NCBI GenBank assembly: GCA_031835245.2 | Contig: JAVKOQ020000041.1 | Coordinates: 62,001 to 126,000 of the forward strand | Direction of reading: 5' to 3' | Origin: Balamuthia mandrillaris | Taxonomy: Eukaryota | DNA length: 64,000 bases | Shown here: positions 1 through 9,559 of the stretch, one piece after another | How the letters are laid out: each line of letters starts with the position of its first letter | Numbering within the stretch: position 1 is the first letter of the stretch | The notes under the pieces: model-generated | The model's database searches: none | What the model saw: the letters and a program-made list of their open reading frames with translations, nothing else | Told to the model about the DNA's origin: nothing | Position numbers and translations under genes: made by a program

Positions 1-25
1 GTGGAGTGGAGTGGAGTGGAGTGGA
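1..25 (+). repeat. (GTGGA)n pentanucleotide repeat, truncated by window edge
   Basis: Five tandem GTGGA units at the window start. Confidence 0.9.
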
Positions 26-139
26 TAGCATATTATAATACCGTTTTTATTTTGTTATAATAATTTCTTATTTTTTCGATTTGTCGGCAGAAAGAAGGAA
101 GGAAATAAATAAACGCGTCTCTTTGGCAAACTGGCCACC

Positions 140-1347
140 ATGCGCCGCTTCAGCAGGACGGGCATGATGCTCAGCGTGCTGCTGTCCGTTGCTGCCATTG
201 TATGGATGAGCCATCTCGTAGACCGGCTCCATCGGCAGCAGGCGCAAGGACGGGAACGAAGAACCCTGGAGCAGTTTTCGCTCCAGGAGCTTGCGAAGGA
301 TCCCTCAGCAGCAACGAGGGAGCACAAACGGGAAGAGGAAGCGAACAAACGGCCTGGTACCGCAACCCCCATTGCTCGGTTTGCCCTTTTTGCGCTGTAC
401 AGAAGCGGGAGCCATTGGCTACAACGAGTATGTTATTTATTCTTTTTTTGAAACCCTGCATTGCGCAACCTGCAACCTGCGTGCTCCTTATACTTGCCTC
501 CCACTTAGCTTTTGGAAAGTCATCCTGTCGGACTAAAACTGGACCGACTGCCGCTTCAGAAACGCGAGATTGCACCAGAAAAGCTCGCTGTGGAAGCTGC
601 TCTCGATAATCTCTTCGGTCCTCTGGGGTTTGACGGTTTCGTACTTCTCGTAAGTTTCCCTCTCTTTCTGTTGTCTCTCTTTTCTCCTTTTCTGATGAGC
701 GCGCTCTCACTCTTGCTTGCTTTGCATCCAAGAACGAGTACAGAGGCTTTCCCGACCTGTTTCCAATCCTGAAAGCAAAAGACATTTCCGTCATCTTCCT
801 CCGAAGAGAAGATCACTTGGCCTCCTTCATCTCCCTCCACTCCCAACTGGAACTTCTGAGCAGGGACCCAACCATCCGTTGGACGTGCGAGGAGGAGGCT
901 TGCAAAGAGAGAGCAAACAGCGTTCTGCTGAGGAACCACAACCCGCAACAAGTTTTCAAGTGGTGTAAGCAGCGGGAGTTGGAGCAGAAACGACAGCGTA
1001 GGCTGCTGCAAAGGGTACCGTTGTTGTTTTGTTCTGTGGCGCCCTGCGCGTTGTCCTCTCTGTGCACGTCCCGCTTAACAGCTGTTTTCAAGGAGAATCT
1101 CAGGTACATCGAAGTTACTTACGATGAGCTGATGAGCAACACCAAAGCGACACTCTGCGAGGTGTTCCGGTTTCTCGGCCTGCAGGAATGTTGGTTCGAT
1201 CATGATGGGGTGCGAGAGAGGAAGGTCCACGACAAGCCCAAGTCTGAATACTTTGATAACTGGCCGGAGATTGTGGAGGCGTTTCGAGACACGTCCTTTG
1301 GTTGGATGGTCGGCGTGGAGGAAGCGCCTAATAAAAAAAAGAAATAA
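140..1347 (+). CDS. Stf0-like sulfotransferase, type II membrane protein, ~4 exons
   Basis: N-terminal TM anchor; PAPS-binding motif FALYRSGSHWL; after splicing IFLRREDHLASFIS and VTYDEL...VFRFLG; GT-AG introns at ~428-508, ~650-732 and ~1015-1092. Confidence 0.75.
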
Positions 1348-1402
1348 CTTGCAACCAACAAAACATGTTGACCGTTACAACAAAATAGCAGGAGGAGAAG
1401 AT

Positions 1403-3328
1403 TCATGGCCGTTGTTCTGTTTTCGGTTTCCATACTCTTTCTCTGCCTCTTCCACCAACAACTGATGAAGACGAGAAAGGAGGAACACTATTGGTTGAGG
1501 CAGAGGATGTTGACGAAGGGACAGGGCGAGGTTTTCGATGTTGTTGCTGGCGGTGATTCACAAAAGAGCGAGGGGAGGAAGAAGCAAACGGAGGAGGGCG
1601 AGGATGAGAATGAATGGGATGATGAGGAGGATGATGAAGAGGGATATAAGGATGACGAGGAGAACGCAGTCGTGACGACATAGCCCTTCCTCTCCCTCGT
1701 ACTGGAGGAGCGAGATGAGGCTGAGGAGGAGGGCGAGGATAAACCTGATACGATCGAGGGTGATAAGATGACGGTCGACCTGGTGTTGAAATTGATTTCA
1801 TAACAGTTGCTCTTCCTCTTCCCTTTCCTCTTCCTGTTTCTCTTCCTGCAGTAATTTTTCCTCCTTTGTCTTCTTCTTTGTTCTTTCGAGAATGCTCAGT
1901 TGTTTGCGGCCTTCTGTGCAGCAATAACACACCAGAATCCTCTTCATCATCATCTAAAGCTTCTTCATCGCAGTCTTCTTCCCCATCTTCAGATTCCTCT
2001 TCTACAAACGCATTTTCTTCATACTCCTCTTCTAGTTCATTCCCTTGTTCCCCACCGTCTTCGTTGTTTTGCTGTTCTTTCTCCTCTTCATCGAGGTCCA
2101 CTTTTTGCTGCTCTTCCTCTGTCGTGTTGCCCGTGTCTTCGTCCTGTTGTCCCTCTGTAACATTATCACCTTGCGCTGTTTTATCTCCCTCTGCATCAAT
2201 GCCATTCGTCATCTCTTTGACTCTCCATTGTCTTCTTCTTGTTCTTGTTTCTGCTGTTTCCTGAAGACGACCAACAGCATGGTTTTTGCTGTTCAGAAGA
2301 ACCGATCGATGTTGAATGTTTTGCTTGAGGTTAACCTGACGCAAGATGTTGTGCTGATGGAGTTGAGGTTGGCGAAAGCGGTGGGGGCGAGGAAGGGCAT
2401 GAGGACGATACAAAGGATGAGGAGGGCGAGAAGGATGAAAACGACGACCTCCTCGAAAAGCAGAAGCAGAAGAAAACGGTATGGGCGTTCCTCCTCCTCT
2501 CCCTCGTCCTGCCCCATGCATGGTTGCTCCTCCTTGAACAACACTGTTGCCACCAGAAGAGAAAGTCGCAGGGCGAAACATAAGAGTAGGTTTCGCTCTT
2601 CTCCTTCTGGTTCGATAGTTGTTGTTGTACTTTTTGGTGCCATGCGGTGCGGTGCTCTCTTTATTCTCATTCTCGGCTGCTTTCTCCTTCTCCTTCTCTT
2701 TCTCCTCTTTGACGATGGACGTTTCTTCATCCGCGGCAGCTTTGGCTTTGGCCCTCTCTTCTTCTCTTTCTTTCCCTTCTTCGTCTCCATCTTCTGCTGT
2801 TGCTGCTGCTTCCCCTATCTCCGCTTGTTCATTTTCTGCTGTTTGTTTTTGTGCTTCTGCTTTTCGTTCTTCGTTTTGTGGTCCCTTTTCTAGCGTCTCT
2901 TCTGCGCCCCCTTGCGTTGGCAGTGGTCTAGTGGCAGAAGAAAAAGAAACGTTTGGTGGAGAGCTACGCTGATGGGGATGATGATGAGACAAAGGCAAAC
3001 CTTGAGGGTGAAGAGGCGGAGGAATGTGGCGAGGAGGACGAGAGTGCGGATGTGGATGCGGAGAAGAACGCCAGAAAGCGTGAGGGGGCGTATGGTGAGG
3101 AGGACGCGGATGCGGAGGCATAAAATCGTGGCGGTTGCGAGGGCGAGTGTTGTGAGGCGGATGGTGATGATGAGGGTGATAGTGTTGACGCTGGGGGTGA
3201 GCGCGAGCAAGGTGTGACGGAGGGGGAGGATGAGCAGGAGCTACTGGAAACGAGCGTGAAGAGGAGGAATAGGCAGAAGCGTGCCCGCGAGGACCGTTCC
3301 CGTGGGAGGCGAAGGATGAGTTCCGCAT
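1403..3328 (-). CDS. Low-complexity His/Pro-rich and acidic hypothetical protein with RGRGR motifs
   Basis: 641-aa uninterrupted ORF with ATG start; no recognisable folded domain. Confidence 0.6.
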   Translation of the reverse strand: MRNSSFASHGNGPRGHASAYSSSSRSFPVAPAHPPPPSHLARAHPQRQHYHPHHHHPPHNTRPRNRHDFMPPHPRPPHHTPPHAFWRSSPHPHPHSRPPRHIPPPLHPQGLPLSHHHPHQRSSPPNVSFSSATRPLPTQGGAEETLEKGPQNEERKAEAQKQTAENEQAEIGEAAATAEDGDEEGKEREEERAKAKAAADEETSIVKEEKEKEKEKAAENENKESTAPHGTKKYNNNYRTRRRRAKPTLMFRPATFSSGGNSVVQGGATMHGAGRGRGGGTPIPFSSASAFRGGRRFHPSRPPHPLYRPHALPRPHRFRQPQLHQHNILRQVNLKQNIQHRSVLLNSKNHAVGRLQETAETRTRRRQWRVKEMTNGIDAEGDKTAQGDNVTEGQQDEDTGNTTEEEQQKVDLDEEEKEQQNNEDGGEQGNELEEEYEENAFVEEESEDGEEDCDEEALDDDEEDSGVLLLHRRPQTTEHSRKNKEEDKGGKITAGRETGRGKGRGRATVMKSISTPGRPSSYHPRSYQVYPRPPPQPHLAPPVRGRGRAMSSRLRSPRHPYIPLHHPPHHPIHSHPRPPPFASSSPRSFVNHRQQQHRKPRPVPSSTSSASTNSVPPFSSSSVVGGRGRERVWKPKTEQRP

Positions 3329-3851
3329 GCGTGTTGATCTTTTCTTCTTTTATTTTATTTTTTTTTCTCGGCTTTGATTTTTCATTGGTCCATTTATTTA
3401 CCATATATTGTCGACAGGGCATAATCATGACGACGTGATGATGTTTGTAATGTTGTCGACATGATTGTTGTGACGACACGAGGAAGATACACTATGAGAG
3501 GAAGCAGGGAGGAGGCAGCACGGGATGAGAGCCGACGGAGCGCATTTTTTCGGTTGACAAGGGATGTAGAACGGCTGCGGCAGAGCTCAAACAGCCAAAA
3601 GCTCAAAAGACGAAGAAGAAGAAGATGAAGCGGAGGTTTGGGAGGGTCCCCATACTGTAGTATTGTTGCTCTGTATGACGGTCCCCATCTATGTAAACAA
3701 AGTACCTACAGAACGAAAAAAAGATGAGAATGATGATTCCAAAAAAAAAAAAAAAAAAGAGTGTTTGACAGAAGAGAAATCAAGTAGCCAAAAAAAAAAA
3801 ACAAAAAAACAAAAAGGTGCATGGTACCAAGGAGCAGCCACTTCCACTCTC

Positions 3852-3852
<1 letters not shown>

Positions 3853-3882
<30 letters not shown>

Positions 3883-4141
3883 AAGAAGAAGAAGAAGAAG
3901 AAGAAGAAGAAGAAGAAGAAGAAAAGAAGAAGAAGAAGAAGAAGAAGAAGAAGAAGAAGAACAAGAAGAACAAGAAGAACAAGAACAAGAAGAACAAGAA
4001 CAAGAACAAGAACAAGAACAAGAAGAAGAAGAAGAAGAACAAGAAGAAGAAGAAGAAGAACAAGAACAAGAACAAGAACAAGAACAAGAAGAAGAAGAAG
4101 AACAAGAACAAGAACAAGAACAAGAACAAGAAGAAGAAGAA
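3853..4141. repeat. (GAA)n/(GAACAA)n microsatellite
   Basis: ~290 bp of direct tandem repeats just past the 3' end of the minus-strand gene at 4158-5006. Confidence 0.95.
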
Positions 4142-4157
4142 CTAGTATTATTATTAT

Positions 4158-5006
4158 TCAACAACCACAGATTCCTCCTCCTCCACCGTCACAGCTCAAA
4201 ACGACAGAACAAGCGCTGTAGGCAGCGACTGATGAACCGCCATCGCTTGACGATGAACTGGTGCTGTCACTCGTTTCGTTGTACGAAGCGCTCACTCTAC
4301 GGAGCCAGTCGATGAGAGAGCACAGCACAAGCACCAGACCCAGGTGCTCTCCTTGCTTGGCGAACACCTCGTACGTTCTTCTCCCGGTGAAGGAGCTGCA
4401 TTTCTTCAGGGTGAGCCTAGCCACTTTGTTGCCCGTCCTCTTGAAGAAAAAGGTTTGGCTGTAGCATGAAACCTTTTCCACATACGTGATGCCATCTTTG
4501 AAGTCCTCCGCGAGCTCAACTTGTACATTGTAGGCTAAGGGGGAAAAGCGGCTTGCTCTCTTTGCCTTTTTGTTTTATCAAAACGTTAACAACAACACCT
4601 TCAAAGCAAAAACGGCAGACTAGTCAAAACCTTGATGGTGGCACAGCACAGGCCGTTCTTTTTCCCAGCCGTTACCTTCCATTCGAATGAGGTCTTTGCT
4701 TTGTTGCCCTTTGCATAGAGCAGGCATTGCTTCCCTTTGGTGGCTGCCAACAGCTGAAAGTCCGGGGTCGAGCCCAGAAAGCTGTGGGCCTTGATGGTGC
4801 AGAGTTTGGTATCGCCACAGTAGACAACTTTGGAGGTATGGAAAGGGTTTTTATCCCTGAAACACAAACCCTTTTGTTAGTTTGAAAGGAAGCAGAAGAA
4901 ACATCAAACGACGAAAAAAAACAAAAGCGTACTTGAGACAAAGCGTTATAGCCTCAGCAGGCTTGAGGCCCAGCCCTTTTGTTGTGGTGAACCCTTCAAT
5001 GTCCAT
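4158..5006 (-). CDS. LURP-one/Tubby-C/scramblase-like beta-barrel protein, spliced
   Basis: Exons MDIEGFTTTKGLG..., KLCTIKAHSFLGSTPDFQL..., KVARLTLKKCSSFTGRRTYEVFAKQGEHLGLVLVLCSLID; the C-terminal 'TY.V....G.D.....alc..iD' pattern is typical of LURP-one-like proteins. Confidence 0.5.
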
Positions 5007-5429
5007 AGCTATAAGGATGTATGTTGTTTTATTATTATTATTATTTTTTTTCGTTTGCTTTTCTGCGTTTGAATGTTTCTTTTTCAAGTTGCCAACAAAA
5101 AAGTAAGAAAAGTCAGCAAACCGACTTAGAATATCAGGTGGGAAGGTAGAAGTGATAGGAATAAGCACAGTAACCAACTGCTTCAAGGCATTTCCTGGAA
5201 TTTCTCAAAAGATGTTGGTGTTGCGTTCGTTGTCCTCGTTCCTCCTCGTTCTTTATGAGAGTCCGAGATAATGTGAGCCCGCATGAGTAGACAAAACCAT
5301 GATTACACACTCACGCTTTTCCCCTTTGTCTCTGTGGGAAAAGTACATGGCTCCGCAATACTTATGTCTACCCTGCGGCAGGAATAATAATGAACCACCA
5401 ATCAAATATCAAAAATTTATTCTTATGTT

Positions 5430-5966
5430 TGTCGTCTTTTTGGTAATTGGGAAGGCCCAAGCATACTTTGAGAATATATCAATTACAGTCAAAATATACT
5501 AATGATGCGTGTTAAAGCCATGTAGTTGTGACAGGTCAATAAGATCTGCCTGAATCCACTCATGTGGCTTTCTTGCTCTAATTGGCTTCTTTACCTTGAT
5601 TTTGTGAATGGGCTGATGTAGCTGATTAGTGTGATTGCATTGCAAATACACCACCACATCGCACCTGCTTATTCCAATAAACACTTCTGCAGCTCTTTTA
5701 AACAACTTATCTCTGCCAAAAGCCATAGTATTTGGGGCCTCCATGAGCTCGCCTAGGACTCTGTCAATTGCGCCAGTTGGCACAACAATCCTCCCATCAT
5801 ATTTGGCCACTATAGTATCATCTGTGCCATCTTGTAGCTTAAAATGCTGCCATTTGTCTTTAAACCGCTTCGCCTGGGCTACATTCTCAAGCAATTGCCC
5901 ACTGCTTAGAAACTCAAGCCCAGCATCATAAGTCTCATCTGTAAACTTGTACTTTGAATAATTCAT
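5430..5966 (-). pseudogene. Retroviral-type (rve) integrase, N-terminal half, disrupted
   Basis: Integrase zinc-binding-like region (GRDKLFKR...GISRCDVVVYLQC...Q) then WIQADLIDLSQL; reading through the TAG at 5499-5501 gives YILTVIDIFSKYAWAFPITKK, the canonical rve core strand; similarity ends at ~5430. Confidence 0.85.
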
Positions 5967-6218
5967 TATCTTATATTAAGGAAACTAAATAAGTTTTGTA
6001 TCAACTAGATACAGGTTTAACAACAATAGGCAAGGAGTGTTAAACTTATATAACAAATGGTAACATCCTATAGGGCGGCATAACGGTGTGGCAATAGGCT
6101 GGCCAAAAAAAGTAGTATTTGGGTCACACCTTGTTAATAATTGTAAAATACGTTTAGCAAGTAAATAGAAATAATGACAAACCCCATTGTTTAGATGAAG
6201 ACCAAATCCAAGCCCATC

Positions 6219-6485
6219 TCATCTCTTTTGATATCTCTGTCCGAAAATATTCCATGGGTTGGGAGTTCTCCGAGGTGGAGATGGTTTACATCTCCTATCA
6301 AACTTAGCTTGATATTCAGGCCAGATATGGTTTATACACATGAATGTGCTTTTCATATTCTTCTTATGTTCTGCTTTATATTCTTCCATATCAGCCTTCC
6401 TAAGCTCATTGCTGATCATAACTTGCAATTCCGGTGGCAAAGGCAAGTTCAGCAAAGCTACCCTCTCATCTATGTTCCAATTCAT
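6219..6485 (-). CDS. Small orphan ORF of the viral element
   Basis: 88-aa intronless ATG ORF (MNWNIDERVALLNLPLPPELQVMI...) within the island; function unknown. Confidence 0.4.
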   Translation of the reverse strand: MNWNIDERVALLNLPLPPELQVMISNELRKADMEEYKAEHKKNMKSTFMCINHIWPEYQAKFDRRCKPSPPRRTPNPWNIFGQRYQKR

Positions 6486-6594
6486 GAGTGTAAGTTGAGA
6501 TAAGTGCTATATAAGTAGCAGAGATAATTTTTTAATGACAAAAAAGAAAGGATATAGCACGTCATATAGTCAAGAAAAGTAACAGGAGAGAAGA

Positions 6595-6894
6595 TCAGGA
6601 AGCCGGATGGGCCGCAAGCCACGTCTTTGCATGCTCTATCACCACTGCTTGTGGCAACTCAGAATGCAAAGTGTTGATAAAAAGGTCAATATATTGGCTG
6701 ATTAGCTCTTTTACTCTAGGCCGCATAGGCTTATCAAGAATGAAGCCTATTTTAAAAGCTGCAACTGTGTGGTTGGCAAGTGGTATAAAGTGGACGGTTT
6801 GCTTAAGAAAGCGCTGCTTTATATATTTGTTAACTGCAGGGCACTCTCTAAGGCGCAAATAATAAAAATAAACAATATGACAAAAGAAATTCAA
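6595..6894 (-). CDS. Small orphan ORF (possibly decayed) of the viral element
   Basis: ~99-codon open frame, protein-like C-terminal half; non-ATG start in the ORF track. Confidence 0.3.
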   Translation of the reverse strand: MNFFCHIVYFYYLRLRECPAVNKYIKQRFLKQTVHFIPLANHTVAAFKIGFILDKPMRPRVKELISQYIDLFINTLHSELPQAVVIEHAKTWLAAHPAS

Positions 6895-7504
6895 GCCAAG
6901 CCTAACTGCAATAATTTTAACGTTTGTCTCTGAAATTAATATTAGCTCCTATGGCAAAACAACTGTTTATTTTTTTGTTAAGCAAATAATATACTTTGAT
7001 AACAGAAATGTCGCAATCTGGTGGGCTTAAGTCGCCTGAAAGTGCAAAGGATTGGTATTATGAAGGCTTTGTTTGCAAAAAGAGGTGAATGAGAGTACTT
7101 GCTAAAAGATGGTTTGCGTTGATTAACATCATTTATCTTAAGTGTTAATCTGTTTAACCTTTGATTAACATTGCCACTTGGTTTATGTCTTAGCTTATAT
7201 TCAAACTACAGAGTGATTGGCTTTGTTTTTTGTATTAGCCCTAGTGGTGTTAACATTATTTATTTTTTACTAGTTATACTAATATAACAATTATTAACAG
7301 TGCCTAACATTTTATAAAAATTTTCTGGCTTGACCCTCCTATCTCTGTATAAAATCTCACACACTGTTAACAATTGTAAAATAAGTATAACACCCATTAC
7401 TAAATAATGTTAATCACCTATCAGATTATATCTTGCTAAGTAATGCTAGGCCTTGTAAGCTAAATAAAAGCCCATTCCAGTTTGTTGCTCTTTGTGATTA
7501 ACAA

Positions 7505-8191
7505 TCAAAAAAAAATGATGTTAAACAGGGTCAAACAGTGTTGCTCATTCCAAAACAATGCTACCTTGAGAGAGATATCTTTGATTCCAAGTAACTCATT
7601 AAAGGCCATACTGTGCTCTTCAGCTGTTAACACACCTTTCTTCCTCAGCATATCAAAACCACTATCTATTTCCTTCCATAATTTCTTACTATGATTGCCA
7701 TTCTTCCAAGTAGCACCAAGCCTCTGCAATTGCTTAATTACATTATCTACACTAAAATCATACTGCAAAGATGGCTTAGTTTTGCCAAGCATGGGTTTCG
7801 CCTCATAGCCACCTCTTTGTTTTCTCTGTTGTGGCTTTTTGCCCCCAAGAAGTACCATCATGTTGTGTGCGAGACCAGTGCCAGTTTGAGCACGAGGATC
7901 AAATTTCTTGACTATTTCACAACCCTTGGTTATACGAGACCTTGCATTGGCAGTCAAATTGCCAGGAATGGGATTTGCATCAATGCCAGCCAACACAAAG
8001 TAAGTGGCCCAATCCTTAGCGTATTTATCCTTATAAATCTCTTCTTCTTGTTGGGCATTTGCACCATGTAACATAAGATACTTCAATGCTGGAGTTAAGT
8101 CAAGTTCACCACTCCTGGATTCATTCCCAAGCTGATGAAACCTAGCCTTATCCGCATTTGCCAATGAGTTGCCATCTGGCACTATGACCAT
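7505..8191 (-). CDS. Polinton-like conserved hypothetical protein, C-terminal part
   Basis: Motifs DLTPALKYLML...EEEIYKD and NVIKQLQRLGATWKNGNHSKKLWKEIDSGFDMLRKKGVLT resemble from memory the 'TPGL..Ll' and 'L..L.as..aGN.....EI..i.d.L...G.I' motifs of uncharacterised Polinton/Maverick ORFs. Confidence 0.5.
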   Translation of the reverse strand: MVIVPDGNSLANADKARFHQLGNESRSGELDLTPALKYLMLHGANAQQEEEIYKDKYAKDWATYFVLAGIDANPIPGNLTANARSRITKGCEIVKKFDPRAQTGTGLAHNMMVLLGGKKPQQRKQRGGYEAKPMLGKTKPSLQYDFSVDNVIKQLQRLGATWKNGNHSKKLWKEIDSGFDMLRKKGVLTAEEHSMAFNELLGIKDISLKVALFWNEQHCLTLFNIIFF

Positions 8192-8213
8192 ATTTCACAA
8201 CACATAACTGTTT

Positions 8214-8999
8214 TTAAGGTAGTTCTTTCAGTTGCTGCAGTTGATCTTCCCTTGCATTAACATTCACTTCCAGATTATATCTCTTTCCGCCTTCTTCCAT
8301 CTGCACTAATTTCTTACCATCTGCTTTGATTTCCCACTTCACATTCCTCATAAAATAATCAACAGGAATAGCATTAAGAGGCTTAGAAAGATGACTGCCT
8401 GGGCTTCCCTTTGCAAACAAATCAACCTGTTTACCATAAGACCTCATGCTTGGCATAAATGGCTCATCTGGCTTCTGAGGAGTTAATGGTTGTGCGGCTC
8501 CTGATGGCCGAGGTGCAAATTTTGGCAATTCTGGTGTCACAGGGAGTGGTGATTCAACTACTTTGTCTTTGCCTTTGGACTTGCTAGGTGTGCTAGCTTT
8601 GCTGCTAGATCCTGCTTCACTGCTAGTTCCGGCTTTGCTACTAGGGCCTGCTTTTGAGCTTCCAGGGCCGTACACTAGCACAAGATTGCCATCTTCATCA
8701 ACATCATAAATGTTCTTAATCCTATCATCTTCATAATCTACACTTTTTGGTATTTTGTCTTCATCAATTGCCTTAGTAGGCTCATCCTGAAGGCCATGTC
8801 TGTGTCTTGCAGCAGCATCACTTCTTACGCCTTTTATCTCATCTGTGATAGGGCCAGTGAATTTGCCTATCTCGGCCAGCTCCATTTGGTGACCCATTGC
8901 TCTGGCGTGGCTGCAATTGCGCAAATCCACCTGTTGACTTGCCACAAGCTTAGTCAGCTTGATCAAATCGGCTGGTATTTTAATAGGTATGTATTGCAT
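8214..8999 (-). CDS. Viral-element hypothetical protein, probably the N-terminal part of the 7505-8191 protein
   Basis: ATG at 8999 (MQYIPIKIPADL...), GKFTGPITDEIK motif, short SS(K/E)AG repeats; only 22 nt from the next same-strand ORF. Confidence 0.55.
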   Translation of the reverse strand: MQYIPIKIPADLIKLTKLVASQQVDLRNCSHARAMGHQMELAEIGKFTGPITDEIKGVRSDAAARHRHGLQDEPTKAIDEDKIPKSVDYEDDRIKNIYDVDEDGNLVLVYGPGSSKAGPSSKAGTSSEAGSSSKASTPSKSKGKDKVVESPLPVTPELPKFAPRPSGAAQPLTPQKPDEPFMPSMRSYGKQVDLFAKGSPGSHLSKPLNAIPVDYFMRNVKWEIKADGKKLVQMEEGGKRYNLEVNVNAREDQLQQLKELP

Positions 9000-9025
9000 A
9001 GTATATTTTAGTAATAAAAAAAAAA

Positions 9026-9483
9026 ATGTGCAAAAAAAAAAAAGCCAGCTAAAAGAGCGAGAAGAATTGCAAAGAAAGCTCCACCAAAGGAGCCAGAAGA
9101 TGGCGAATTCAAGTACCATAACATGGATGATTTTATTGATGATGAGGAGAAACTTGTCACTTTGCCACCCAAGCACTTTCTTGCACCAAAATTGCATTTC
9201 TGGATGCTTGTGCTTGGGTGGCAGAACAGATTGTGGCAAGACCAATCACATTGTAGATTTACTGTTTCATATACTGAGGTTTGACAGACTATTCCTCTTT
9301 GCAGCCAATCTTACAGAGTCGAAATATAAGCTAATTATAGAGTGGATGAGGGAATGGAAGCAAGAAACAGGCATACAAAAGCTCTGGGTTGCTGATAAAG
9401 TAGAAAATATTGTGCCACTTGATAAAATCGACAAGAATTACCACAATATTGTGTTGTTTGACGACTTTGTAAACGTAAAGCAG
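9026..9483 (+). pseudogene. A32/FtsK-HerA-type DNA packaging ATPase, frameshifted and 3'-truncated
   Basis: Walker A GGRTDCGKTN, then LLFHILRFDRLFLFAANL.ESKY, Walker B NIVLFDDF; an alternate upstream frame gives KHFLAPKLHFWMLVLG (cf. P..pFRmli.G of Polinton ATPases); similarity stops just after Walker B. Confidence 0.8.
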
Positions 9484-9559
9484 GTCAGATTGTGTACAAA
9501 ACGGTGTTCTTGAGGGGTCAACTTGGTGGGCTTTTTTTTGATTAATTGGCCGGAAACAG

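Larger units (their letters stand above)
5430..9483. mobile_element. Degenerate endogenous Polinton/Maverick-like (Preplasmiviricota-type) viral element fragment
   Basis: AT-rich, intronless, lacking the host's GA/GAA microsatellites, CpG-poor; contains an rve integrase and an A32-like packaging ATPase plus compact orphan ORFs; both hallmark genes are truncated at the boundaries. Confidence 0.8.

Noticed and set aside
1..25. GTGGA repeat as a telomere
   Set aside because: Only five units at an arbitrary window edge, not a canonical telomeric unit, and simple repeats are ubiquitous here.
3706..4315. Several long ORFs (poly-K/R/E/S/F) across the GAA repeat; similar cases at 22005-22357, 48740-49169 and 49412-50154
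   Set aside because: Stop-free frames are created by microsatellites in UTR or intron sequence; no independent evidence of coding.
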